A stretch of 64,000 bases of DNA. Source: Saprospira grandis. GTDB taxonomy: Bacteria > Bacteroidota > Bacteroidia > Chitinophagales > Saprospiraceae. The DNA lies in contig NZ_CP110854.1 of the NCBI RefSeq assembly GCF_027594745.1, positions 1,244,241 to 1,308,240 of the forward strand. Reading direction: 5' to 3'. The notes under the pieces were generated by a model. That model was not told the origin of the DNA, made no database searches, and saw nothing but the letters and a program-made list of their open reading frames with translations. Below, piece by piece: positions 29,401 to 37,576 of the stretch. The number at the start of each line of letters is the position of its first letter. Position 1 is the first letter of the stretch. Both the position numbers and the translations under genes were made by a program.

Positions 29401-29810
29401 GCATCTTTATAAGCATCGACTAAACCCAAACTTCCTCGGCGCAGACTTTTCTCTACAATAGCCGGGTAGTTAGGGTCCATTTTACTGTCAGGGTGCAAGA
29501 CCCCTCTAGAAGCCAACTGACGACTCAAGTTTCCAATCGGATTGTTGCCAGGCTGACAAACCGCAATTCGCCAGTTTTGCCCCGCCTGCCCCGCAAAACC
29601 ATCTTTTAGTTTTGGGACCAAGGCCGCACGAACTAGCGAGGACTTACCTCCGCCTGCTCCTCCTACCAATGCCAAAAAACGATTGCCGCGAATCTTACGC
29701 AACAATTCATCGAGCTGCTTATTCCTTCCGAAAAAAAGCTCTCTTTCTTTGGCCTCATAAGGGCGCAGTCCAGGATAAGGTTCCTTAGTTAAAATTTCAA
29801 AGGATGCCAT
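26451..29810 (-). CDS. STAND-type P-loop NTPase with central coiled-coil, a TM helix and C-terminal WD40 beta-propeller (1119 aa)
   Basis: N-terminal PYPGLRPYEAKERELFFGR, Walker A GGAGGGKSS, Walker B-like LMVVIDQFEE. Hydrophobic helix LITYLSLGFGAICLILLLLAGVAL around residue 520, then a long Ala/Arg/Glu-rich coiled-coil (AKLKAEQARRDAMKSERRAQEER). WD40-like repeats follow (e.g. VTSIAVSADGQHVAGAGGSPDVSIWNIKSGQ, VLSVAFTHDGQKVLTGCANGEVKIYEV). Confidence 0.65.
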   Translation of the reverse strand: MASFEILTKEPYPGLRPYEAKERELFFGRNKQLDELLRKIRGNRFLALVGGAGGGKSSLVRAALVPKLKDGFAGQAGQNWRIAVCQPGNNPIGNLSRQLASRGVLHPDSKMDPNYPAIVEKSLRRGSLGLVDAYKDADVERANLMVVIDQFEEIFAFAKTSSAAQEDAATFVNLLLNASRQREAPIYIVLTMRSDYIGRCTDFRGLPEAINDGQFLIPKMKVEELKKVMIMPVKAVGASIAPDLVSRMIADIGEDFDDLPRLQHLMMRVWDNWVEVDSDPSLPLGIKHYENVGTIKEALSVHAEEAYNKLKTEEQKVTCQRMFRALSERNADGSASRRVATVGELCKLTDQSIESLAPVIVAFSRSDRRFLQAPPNRDDLELDTVISITHESLISYWDRLAHWAEEEHEAAETYTRLSTAAALYFEGKGALWVEPELSLGLKWYEPHTYDEEHPDRLAPTKAWASRYNTTYDETIDFLLKSHEASDKKLRDKKEDDDRKRKTRMLITYLSLGFGAICLILLLLAGVALDSARRSAQVAGRKEKEARLAAYQAEIAKQRANESRYMAKVNANRAQRESFLARQATEKAIRSSDIAELKSRAANQARSKALIALDTAELERQRAEIAKLKAEQARRDAMKSERRAQEERLKAIMTKGLSLAQSVAVKSWKVEEPDLEALLAKEAFELNRVNGGKEHDAYIYEALYKAIDKMQGVGDNPDFNSLNVAPDGLSHLGAMRSIVVSTAEGEFDQKVYTTGSDGWLFKWPLQVFDSKEEQRTAGAPQVLTRNRNNRVYRCMDMNAEGKFLVRAGDEDYMEIWDVAKEERMLKVDVHRGRRVWDLAFLPTGNAVISAGDDRSIKYTNMKGEVTPIVERTPYRVTSIAVSADGQHVAGAGGSPDVSIWNIKSGQEDFKLENPYNKRNATAVAISPTGRFVAVGYQDGSLLIFDIYHYKNGLDQDGNRYIPERLVYHSAKISDLSFSDDGTMLVVGSLDKRATLWQIWNQAYENYDNEEEFPFKDPKFQPVRLEDHEDWVLSVAFTHDGQKVLTGCANGEVKIYEVDMFRYASQLCAMVRRNLSNKEWKKYIGTDDPERDPRNQRLYIITAEGERVPLSTCGNEYQQGD

Positions 29811-30346
29811 ACTTTATATATAGTGTTAGTCTTGGGGAAGTTTTGGCAAAATAATGTTGCCTAGATGATTCTTCTCAGTGTAGTATGTTATTCAGCTTTA
29901 AGATAAGCGAATTATCCAGAATAATAAAACCCCTCCTTAATTATTCCTTAAAATCCAAAGGGCCTTTTTTCTTTCTAACTTTACTTTTGTCGCCTCTCCT
30001 CCTCCCCTTTTTTAAGGCCTAAACCTAGCTTTTTGCCGCCCAAGCCTAGGCTAAAAATAAGTCGCTTGGCCCTTTAGAGCTCCTCAACTAAAAACTAAAG
30101 CCCCCAACTCCTCTCCCAGCCAAAAATCAAAAGCCCAAACAGCAAGAACAAATAAACGGTACCAAAAGTCTACCCTAGGCAACTAAACACTAAACTATTC
30201 CCTCAAAAAAAATCTATCCTTTTGCGCAAAATTTAATTTTGACCTCCTACTTTAATTAGTATCTTAGCCCTGGAAAGCAGCATTTTCAGCCTCTCAACCG
30301 CTCAAAATACTGCAAACCAATTCTTTAAGATAAAAACTTCAGGAAT

Positions 30347-31354
30347 ATGGCTAAGCGCAAAAAAAAGCCTGCATTTTCAAAAGAACAGTACCTCTCTTGG
30401 TACGAATTGATGTATCTCACACGCAAATTTGAAGAGCAGTGTAATATTGTATACTATCAGAAAAAAATCCGTGGATTCCTCCACCTCTGTATTGGCCAAG
30501 AAGCCATCTACGCCGCTATGCAGTCTGCCTGCCGCAAAGAAGACTCTTGGATTACCGCCTACCGCGTACACGGTATGGCCCTAGCCGCTGGCATCTCCGC
30601 CAACGAAACTATGGCCGAACTCTACGGTAAAGCTACCGGCAATGTGAAAGGTAAAGGAGGCTCTATGCACTTCTTTAATGCCGAACGCAATTTTTATGGC
30701 GGCCACGGTATCGTCGGTGGCCAAATTGGCCTCGGTGCCGGACTCGCCTTTGCCGATAAGTATAAAGGCAATGATAATGTGACCCTCGCCCTCTTCGGCG
30801 ATGGCGCCTCTCGCCAAGGTATCCTGCACGAGAGCTTTAATATGGCCATGACCTGGAAACTTCCCGTGCTCTTTATTTGCGAAAATAACAAGTACGCTAT
30901 GGGTACCTCTGTAGAACGTACCTCTAATGTGACCAATCTCCACCTCTTGGGCGAAAGCTACAAAATGCCCAATAAAGCCATTAACGGCATGGATGTGGAA
31001 GTGCTCCACAACGAATTGAGCGAGGCCATCGACTATATCCGCCAAGGTAACGGCCCTATGCTGCTCGAAATCGAAACTTACCGCTACAAAGGCCACTCTA
31101 TGTCTGATCCCGCTAAATACCGGACCAAAGACGAAGAGAAAGAATATAAGGAGAAAGACCCCATCGGCCGCGTAGAACATACACTCCTAGAAAATAAAAT
31201 GATTACAGAGGAAGAATTGAAGGAAATTCAAAATCGCCTCAAGGAGGAAGTCAAGGCCGCTGTTCAGTTTGCAGAGGAGTCTCCCCTCCCCCAGCCCGAA
31301 CAGTTGTACGAGGATATGTACATCCAAGAAGATTACCCTTTTATTAAGGACTAA
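30347..31354 (+). CDS. pdhA: Pyruvate dehydrogenase (or related 2-oxoacid dehydrogenase) E1 component alpha subunit, TPP-dependent
   Basis: FLHLCIGQEA, GGSMHFF, GGHGIVGGQIGLGAGLAFA, ALFGDGA..QG..HES.NMA, YRYKGHSMSDP are all hallmark E1-alpha motifs. No adjacent beta-subunit gene. Confidence 0.85.
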   Translation: MAKRKKKPAFSKEQYLSWYELMYLTRKFEEQCNIVYYQKKIRGFLHLCIGQEAIYAAMQSACRKEDSWITAYRVHGMALAAGISANETMAELYGKATGNVKGKGGSMHFFNAERNFYGGHGIVGGQIGLGAGLAFADKYKGNDNVTLALFGDGASRQGILHESFNMAMTWKLPVLFICENNKYAMGTSVERTSNVTNLHLLGESYKMPNKAINGMDVEVLHNELSEAIDYIRQGNGPMLLEIETYRYKGHSMSDPAKYRTKDEEKEYKEKDPIGRVEHTLLENKMITEEELKEIQNRLKEEVKAAVQFAEESPLPQPEQLYEDMYIQEDYPFIKD

Positions 31355-31375
31355 AAGGTTTGCCTTCAAACGCTA

Positions 31376-31412
31376 AAGAGCAATAGAAACTATTTCTGTT
31401 GCTCTTTTTTTA
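31376..31412 (+). terminator. Rho-independent terminator after pdhA
   Basis: Hairpin AGAGCAATAGAAA-C-TATTTCTGTTGCTCT followed by TTTTTTT. Confidence 0.6.
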
Positions 31413-31414
31413 TC

Positions 31415-31555
31415 TTTTTGGGGCCTCCTGCCTTCGGCAGGCGCTACGTTTCGCAGCTCGCAAGTCTGCTCGGCCCTGCGCGGGCTTCGCCCGCTAGGTC
31501 TGGCCTACGGCCACTGCTGCACATCGCTAGGCCTGCGGCCCTTCGGGCCTGTAGA
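31415..31555. repeat. GC-rich intergenic repeat family copy (type 2, forward)
   Basis: TTTTGGGGCCTCCTGCCTTCGGCAGGCGCTACGTTTCGCAGCTCGCAAGTCTGCTCGGCCCTGCG...GGTCTGGCCTACGGCCACTGCTGCACATCGCTAGGCC. Confidence 0.8.
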
Positions 31556-31634
31556 AGACAGCGCCCAAGCTAGGGCCAAAAAAAGAGCCACTGAATATAT
31601 ATTCAGTGGCTCTTTTCTATAGGACAACAAAGCC

Positions 31635-32427
31635 TTATTCATCGGCATCATCGTCTAAATTCATGGCTGTAGATTGGCCCTTAGGCATCATACTCGTATC
31701 ATCCCAGAGCTTAGATACCCAAAAGCGAAGCACCGCCTGTTTCTTTTCTTCTTTATCCAGATAACCATAATTTCCAGCTGTTTTTGCTTCTAGTCGGAAA
31801 TTAGTCTCTGAGCCCGTCCAACGGAAGCTGATTTTCCGCCAAAGCAAACCATAACTCGCCTTTACATGCTTGACCACTCCTTGGCCATAAGTAGCCGTGG
31901 CAATTGCATAAGTAAGGGCATATTTAGCTCTTTTCTTTCGGCCAGCAGCATGGGCAATAATTTCAAAAGCCTGAACGCCCTCCAAATCTGAAACGATAGG
32001 GTGCCAGCGGCCATCGGCGGGGATTTCTCCTTGAATAAAAGTGCCGACTCGACCATTTGCTCCAAGCATGCCATTCACCTCTAGCTTAAAGTTGGGCAAG
32101 CTGGTCCCAATACCTACATTCCCCCCCCTTTCGCAAGAAAAGAAGGGTTTCATTTTCGCTATCATTAAAGCTGAGCCCTTCACTATGTGGAGTGGGATTC
32201 ATCGAGATGCTAAAAGAGGCCTGAGGGTCTCGGATGCTTTCATAGAAGCTCATCAAGCGCTTATTTGGGCCTTGAGTGGCCAACATAAGGCCCTCAGTCG
32301 AACTTTGAGAGAAACCGTCATCTACCTTATTGACGGTAGAGTCGATAAGGTCGGCAAAGTTCACTTCTGTGGGGACCATGCCCCTTTTGAACAGATTTTT
32401 GAGTGTGCTACGCGTGAGTAAAGCCAT
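31635..32427 (-). pseudogene. Tail-fibre-like protein of the eCIS cluster, split by a frameshift in a G8 (plus-strand C8) homopolymer
   Basis: ORFs 32086..32427 (N-terminal part) and 31635..32183 (C-terminal part) overlap in different frames around the C8 run at 32121..32128. The downstream frame carries the phage tail-fibre repeat-like motif GNVGIGTSLPNFKLEVNG. Joined length is ~260 aa. Confidence 0.5.
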
Positions 32428-32564
32428 TGAGTTGGATACTTTAACTTAAATGGAAAGGCGGGTGAATGCCATCAAATTTAAAAAATTGTTTGGAAAAGGC
32501 GCAGTCAAAACGATTTTATAATTTAGATTTTCTTAATAACGCCTTTATTTATTGTTTTTTAGGG

Positions 32565-32740
32565 CTTGGCGAGGCGGCGCAGCCGCCTGCGAGCGCAGCG
32601 AGCCATGGCCCAGCGCTGCGGAGTGGGTGGCCGAAGGCCAGACCGAAGCGCTGCAAGCGCTGAAGGGCCGAGCGAATAGCGAGCCCCGCAGCATAGCGGC
32701 GGCCGCCCCGCTATAAAGGGCGGCCGCGGGCCCCAAAAAA
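32565..32740. repeat. GC-rich intergenic repeat family copy (reverse) inside the eCIS operon
   Basis: GAGGCGGCGCAGCCGCC...CAGCGCTGCGGAGTGGGTGGCCGAAGGCCAGACC...GGGCCGAGCGAATAGCGAGCCCCGCAGCATAGCGGCGGCCGCCCCGCTATAAAGGGCGGCCGCGGGCCCCAAAAAA. Confidence 0.8.
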
Positions 32741-32816
32741 TGGACCTTGTAGCACTAAAAAAGGCCCAAAAGTGCGTGGACTTCTGGGCCTGATCAGTTA
32801 TGTTTTACACGATTGT

Positions 32817-35800
32817 TTAATCGTCTAGTTCACGCTCTTCGGTCATTACAAAGTCGCCATCGAGCATCATATTGTCTAGGCCAGCTTTGGCAGGAGACTG
32901 GAAAGCCACCTCGTCGAGGAGATAAAGTGGGTTTTTCTCGAAAGGAATGAGGACCGACCAAGGCGTGGTAGCCTTGAGCAAGGGCGAAGAAGAGGTATCG
33001 ATAGCCGTATCGCCTACATCGAAGCCTTCGCCACTGGGGAAGACCTGAACGGCAGAAAACTTAGTGACAAAATCGACATACTCTCTTTTTTCGATAAAGC
33101 TAAGGAGAACATCCTTGGCGATAGTACCGCCCAGTTCGAGTTCTCTTTGGCCGCCATACATCCAGGGGCAGACAAAGTCCATAATATCCTTATTCAACTT
33201 TTTGAGGAAGGTACCGTTGTTCATGCCTTTTTGGAAGCGCAAACCGCCGGCCACTTTTACTCTTTCGTAGATAGGATTACGGAGTTTGATCTCGACAAAA
33301 GGCGAAGCTAGGGGGATGAGATAATCTCGGATAGCCTCTAGGGTAGCGTTATTCACCATGGGGAGGCGGCCTTGGTGAGAGGCCTTAATTCTGGGTACGA
33401 CCACGAGGACCACCTGTCCTTTTTCGACAAACTCTTCATTGCCGATATGCGTTACGCATTTCACTTGGAAAATATCGGGAAACTGGTCGAGGACCAGGCG
33501 TTCATAATCCCAAGCAGAGACGGCTCTACCTTTATGGCGGAGGCGTTCGCTACTGCGGGTATAGAATTCCTTTTTATTTTCGCCGGGTCGGCCTTCAAAA
33601 GAGCCAAAAGGTTGTTGGACCGATCGGATTTGGACCAATGGGCTGGCCAAATTTTTAATTTTATTGGCGGGCAGTTTTTCTTCCAAGTGTTTCACCTCCT
33701 CTTCGGGGTTTCCGGCCCAGGTAGCCGAAATGGCTTGGGTAGAGAGGTGTAAAACGGTAGGCATACGGCTAGCGTCGCCACGGAGAGAGGCGCGCAGCCA
33801 GAACTTTCCTTTATCGAAGATGGTATTATTATCTGAAATATCTCTGGGGATATCGAAGGTGATAATACCGGAGTTATTAAAGAAATTGGTGGTATCGTTT
33901 AGGATTTGGGTTTGAGAAAACTCCTTCCATTCGTCATTAACGAGGAAGCTCCAAACGATTTCGGCCTGTTTGGCTTCGCTACTACGGCCCTTCATCATAG
34001 AGAAATAGTCTTGATTCTCTTTGAGTTCGAAGTAGATAGAGAGCGTAGCGGGTGGGTTAAAATCCTTGATTCCGAGGAAGAGGTAAGCATCTTCATCGTA
34101 GGCGGGCAACAAAGTGGGTTTAATTGGGCGGCCTTGAGAGAAATTGCGCATCACACCGAAGGGGTGGATATGGAACAGCTCTTCGACCACACCGCCAGAG
34201 CTATTTACGGTACCGATAGACATGATATTGACTTGGGCCGTAGCGGTATAGTCAATGCTCATATTTCGGATAACGGGAGTAAAAGGTTGGTTGGGGAGTT
34301 TCTTTTTCTCCTTAGTTTTGGGGTCTGCATTATGGGCAGCCACATCGGCGTAAAGATTTGGAAACTCATCGTGGGCGAAAGCAGAGGGCGGGTTAGTCAA
34401 TTCCATGCGGAAATAGCCGGTTTGCGTTTCGCTGGTATAAGTATCAATCTGTTTGAGATTGGCCTGTGGTTCTAGGTCAAAGAGTTTGAGATCGATATTA
34501 TCTAGGCAAGTAGCATTACTAATGCCATGCACATTATCTTCATCTTGTTCGAAGAGGAAATACTCCTTGACATTATTCTTATTTTCGGGGAAGAACTCTC
34601 CTTCTCGGAGGGCCGACAATTTGATTCGGTAATCTTCATTGCGGATACCGAGGCCATACTCTCGATAATAGCCACGGAGGCCTTTTGTATTATCGGGTAG
34701 ATTATGCCAATTGATATTGATTTTGAGGTTGGTCAATTCCTTTTTGAAAAGCTCGGTTTTTCCGATAAGGAGATAAGAGCCTAGCTTAGGCGTGGGGCCA
34801 AAAGCTTGGAAAGGGATACTGCCTTCTAGTTGGCCGTATTCATTACTTAGGTTTAGGCGTTTGATTCCTTTGACCTCAACATCAATGTTAATGCGTTCTA
34901 GGCTTAGCTCTTTAAGGAAAGAGTAAGAATAGGTTACATTTTCATTTTGGTGAAGGACCTTCATCACGGGAAGGCTAGTATCGAAATCGGGGCCTAAGAC
35001 ATCGGCATTATAGCCCACGATAGCGGGGGCATTGGCGGATACGGTAGCGAGCAGGCTAAACTCGGGAATATTCCAGTTTTCTGGGGGAAGGAGTTCGCAG
35101 CTTTTAGCTTCGATCCAACCTTCTTCTCCAGAGAGGACTAATTTTAGGCTATTTTTAAAGACCTTAGAGAAGGCATCTTCTTTAGATAGGCCTTGATTTC
35201 GGCTAATATCCTTAATCAGAAGATTTAGGGTATACATAGAAGACTTATCGAATCGCATGCGCAACTTGATACTACGGTGGCCTTCTTCCATTTCGAGAAT
35301 AGGGGCGGCCATAGCCCAGCCTACTTCGGCATAGACCATTTGGCGTTCATCGGAAGCTTTTTCGAGTAATTCTTCTCCGAAGGCGGGCCATTCCTCTTCA
35401 TTATTGATAAAGCGTTTGCCTAGGCCATCTCTAGAGTTGGCTACAGGGGCGGCATACATATTTGTGATAAGGCGATAAGAGCTCCCGATACCGATTTTGG
35501 GGTTTTTGCTCACAAAAAGCGTCTTCACTGCATCCACTTTAGCTTGGTTCAGTTCGATGCCATAATCGGTTTTATAGCGGATGGGTTTACCATCTTCATC
35601 GACGCCAGCATCTAGAAGGGTGCCTGCGGGGAGGAAAAAGCTATCAATATGTTTGGCCAGGTTAAAATAGACATTTACCTGATCGGGTTGCAAGCCTCTT
35701 TCCTGCATTTTAAGCACATCGTAATAATAGAAATCGAGATGCTTTTCGGTGAGAGTATTGAGGTGGTCCTGATTATGTTTAAAGAGTTTCACGAAAGCGA

Positions 35801-36587
35801 TAAAGAGCGCCAAATCGGGGCGGTGATCATCTTTTTCTTTGAGTGATTTCTCTAGATATTTTGGTGCTTCTTGTACGATATAAGAGAGCACGCTATAGAA
35901 GGTCCGGAACTGTAGTCGGATCTTCTTGGTATAATCTTGAATTTTGAAGTTAGCTCGAGGGTCTTCTACTTCGATAGCGCGAGCAGAGAGCAACTTTTTG
36001 GAGGGGAACCAGATGCTATGAAAATGCTCTTCGATTTCGTTGGGGCTATAGATGCCTGTTTGGTGAAACTCGAGGAAGCGATCTTGTTCTAGGAGTTCGA
36101 TTAAGTTAGAAGAGAGTTGCTGTTTGATTGCGTTCTCTAATTCGTTCTCTAGTTCATCGGTATCGCCGGGTTGCAGCGTATTCATTTTGAGGGCATGCAC
36201 ATACCAGTCGTTAAACTGTTTGGCCATATCGAACACCTGCGTATAGAGGGCCTTAAGCGCATCTAGGCGGCCTGCGGTACGGGCGGCATTTTCTAGCTCG
36301 GTAATATATTTGGCGTGTTCCTGCTCAATTTTTTTAAGATCGGTAGCGATAATAGAGGCCAAGAAAACCGAGAGGTCATTGCGCAAAAAGCGCGACCAAT
36401 CTCCTGCGGGGGAGTTTGTTTGGTCATAAAACTGGACCATTTCGGCATATTTGGCAGAAAAGGCGAGGAGGTCACTAGTAGAGCGTTCATCTACCTTAAT
36501 ATATTCTGGGATGAGAGCTTTGAGCAATCGTTGGCTCTGCGTTACGCCATTCCAGGACAGGCTAGATTTATTCTTTTTGGTACTCAT
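32817..36587 (-). CDS. Large baseplate wedge protein (gp6/Baseplate_J-like; Afp11/Afp12-like, possibly fused)
   Basis: 1256 aa, directly downstream of the gp25-like gene. Size and position match the gp6/gp7-like baseplate proteins of phage-tail-like systems. No catalytic motifs. Assignment is by synteny and size only. Confidence 0.5.
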   Translation of the reverse strand: MSTKKNKSSLSWNGVTQSQRLLKALIPEYIKVDERSTSDLLAFSAKYAEMVQFYDQTNSPAGDWSRFLRNDLSVFLASIIATDLKKIEQEHAKYITELENAARTAGRLDALKALYTQVFDMAKQFNDWYVHALKMNTLQPGDTDELENELENAIKQQLSSNLIELLEQDRFLEFHQTGIYSPNEIEEHFHSIWFPSKKLLSARAIEVEDPRANFKIQDYTKKIRLQFRTFYSVLSYIVQEAPKYLEKSLKEKDDHRPDLALFIAFVKLFKHNQDHLNTLTEKHLDFYYYDVLKMQERGLQPDQVNVYFNLAKHIDSFFLPAGTLLDAGVDEDGKPIRYKTDYGIELNQAKVDAVKTLFVSKNPKIGIGSSYRLITNMYAAPVANSRDGLGKRFINNEEEWPAFGEELLEKASDERQMVYAEVGWAMAAPILEMEEGHRSIKLRMRFDKSSMYTLNLLIKDISRNQGLSKEDAFSKVFKNSLKLVLSGEEGWIEAKSCELLPPENWNIPEFSLLATVSANAPAIVGYNADVLGPDFDTSLPVMKVLHQNENVTYSYSFLKELSLERINIDVEVKGIKRLNLSNEYGQLEGSIPFQAFGPTPKLGSYLLIGKTELFKKELTNLKININWHNLPDNTKGLRGYYREYGLGIRNEDYRIKLSALREGEFFPENKNNVKEYFLFEQDEDNVHGISNATCLDNIDLKLFDLEPQANLKQIDTYTSETQTGYFRMELTNPPSAFAHDEFPNLYADVAAHNADPKTKEKKKLPNQPFTPVIRNMSIDYTATAQVNIMSIGTVNSSGGVVEELFHIHPFGVMRNFSQGRPIKPTLLPAYDEDAYLFLGIKDFNPPATLSIYFELKENQDYFSMMKGRSSEAKQAEIVWSFLVNDEWKEFSQTQILNDTTNFFNNSGIITFDIPRDISDNNTIFDKGKFWLRASLRGDASRMPTVLHLSTQAISATWAGNPEEEVKHLEEKLPANKIKNLASPLVQIRSVQQPFGSFEGRPGENKKEFYTRSSERLRHKGRAVSAWDYERLVLDQFPDIFQVKCVTHIGNEEFVEKGQVVLVVVPRIKASHQGRLPMVNNATLEAIRDYLIPLASPFVEIKLRNPIYERVKVAGGLRFQKGMNNGTFLKKLNKDIMDFVCPWMYGGQRELELGGTIAKDVLLSFIEKREYVDFVTKFSAVQVFPSGEGFDVGDTAIDTSSSPLLKATTPWSVLIPFEKNPLYLLDEVAFQSPAKAGLDNMMLDGDFVMTEERELDD

Positions 36588-36654
36588 GCTAAGGTGCGCT
36601 TAAGAGATGGTTATTGTTGTTCTGATAGTGATAGTAGTGGGGGTCTAAAGGAAA

Positions 36655-37071
36655 CTAGAGTTCGGTACCTTCTGCGAGATAGAAGGGATAGACCATATTA
36701 TTACGAGCATTCACGCCCTTAATTTCATAGACCACATTAACATTAACTCGGCCACGGAGCTGCTCGCTTTCGTCTACATCTACAGAGATGAGGCGGATAC
36801 GGGGTTCGTGGTAGAGAATAGCGGTAGTGATGAGATCTTGAATTCGAATTCGGGTAGCGTTATTGATACTTTGAAAAGCTTGGCTATGGATATCGCAACC
36901 ATAGCTAGGGTTCATGATTCGTTCGCCGGGGAGAGTAGAGAGAAGAATATTAAGGGATTCCTTAATATCTTCTTCATCTTGAGACATCACAATTCCGCGG
37001 GTAGAGTCGCTAAAGCGGGGCGGGAAGCTCCAGCCTGAGCCTAAAAATGATTTTTGGATATCGTCTGACAT
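36655..37071 (-). CDS. gp25-like baseplate wedge protein (GPW/gp25 family)
   Basis: 138 aa. N-terminal FLGSGWSFPPRF and overall size and composition typical of gp25/GPW lysozyme-fold baseplate proteins (Afp9/TssE-like). Confidence 0.7.
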   Translation of the reverse strand: MSDDIQKSFLGSGWSFPPRFSDSTRGIVMSQDEEDIKESLNILLSTLPGERIMNPSYGCDIHSQAFQSINNATRIRIQDLITTAILYHEPRIRLISVDVDESEQLRGRVNVNVVYEIKGVNARNNMVYPFYLAEGTEL

Positions 37072-37124
37072 GCTTAAAAATTTCTTATCGTCTAAAAATT
37101 GGGATCAACTATTTATCTTAAGTG

Positions 37125-37264
37125 CGGAGCGGGCAGTTGTATTGGCCTAGCGCTGCGGAAGGGGGGGCCGAAGGGCCAGACCGAAGCCCGCAGGGCTAAA
37201 GGGCCGAGCAGGCTTGCGAGCCCTGTAGCATAGCGCCGCAGCTTTGCTGCGGAGGCCCCAAAAA
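37125..37264. repeat. GC-rich intergenic repeat family copy (reverse) between the PAAR and gp25-like genes
   Basis: ..CTAGCGCTGCGGAAGGGGGGGCCGAAGGGCCAGACCGAAGCCCGCAGGGCTAAAGGGCCGAGCAGGCTTGCGAGCCCTGTAGCATAGCGCCGCAGCTTTGCTGCGGAGGCCCCAAAAA. Abuts the PAAR stop codon. Confidence 0.8.
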
Positions 37265-37555
37265 CTACCCAATCAATACAGTAGGAGCACCAGCAACTAC
37301 AGCACCGCCATGGCCACAAGAGTCGCCAATACGGGCAGCGGGTTTCCCCTCAATCATGACCGTTCCAGAGCCAGAGGCAATCGAATCGCCTGCGCAAGCA
37401 CAGACGGCAGAATCGCCAAGGCGGGCAGCAGGAATTCCGGTAACCATGACGGTACCGGCACCGCTAACAATGGGTCCACCCACATGAGGTGAAGGACCGG
37501 GGCAAACGGCGGGGCAAACGTGCATATCGCCAATTCGAGCAGAGGGCATTCCCAT
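37265..37555 (-). CDS. PAAR-repeat spike-tip protein
   Basis: 96 aa with three PAAR-like repeats (PSARIGDMHVCP, PAARLGDSAVCA, PAARIGDSCGHGG). Gly/Val-rich. Confidence 0.85.
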   Translation of the reverse strand: MGMPSARIGDMHVCPAVCPGPSPHVGGPIVSGAGTVMVTGIPAARLGDSAVCACAGDSIASGSGTVMIEGKPAARIGDSCGHGGAVVAGAPTVLIG

Positions 37556-37576
37556 AACTTATTGATTTTAATACTT

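Noticed and set aside
26451-29810. Treating the 1119-aa P-loop protein as the eCIS assembly ATPase (Afp15/ClpV-like).
   Set aside because: It has a STAND-type NTPase with N-terminal FFGR motif, coiled-coil, TM helix and WD40 repeats. It is not a double-ring AAA+ Cdc48/ClpV architecture. It is on its own transcription unit with a terminator and is separated from the operon by pdhA.
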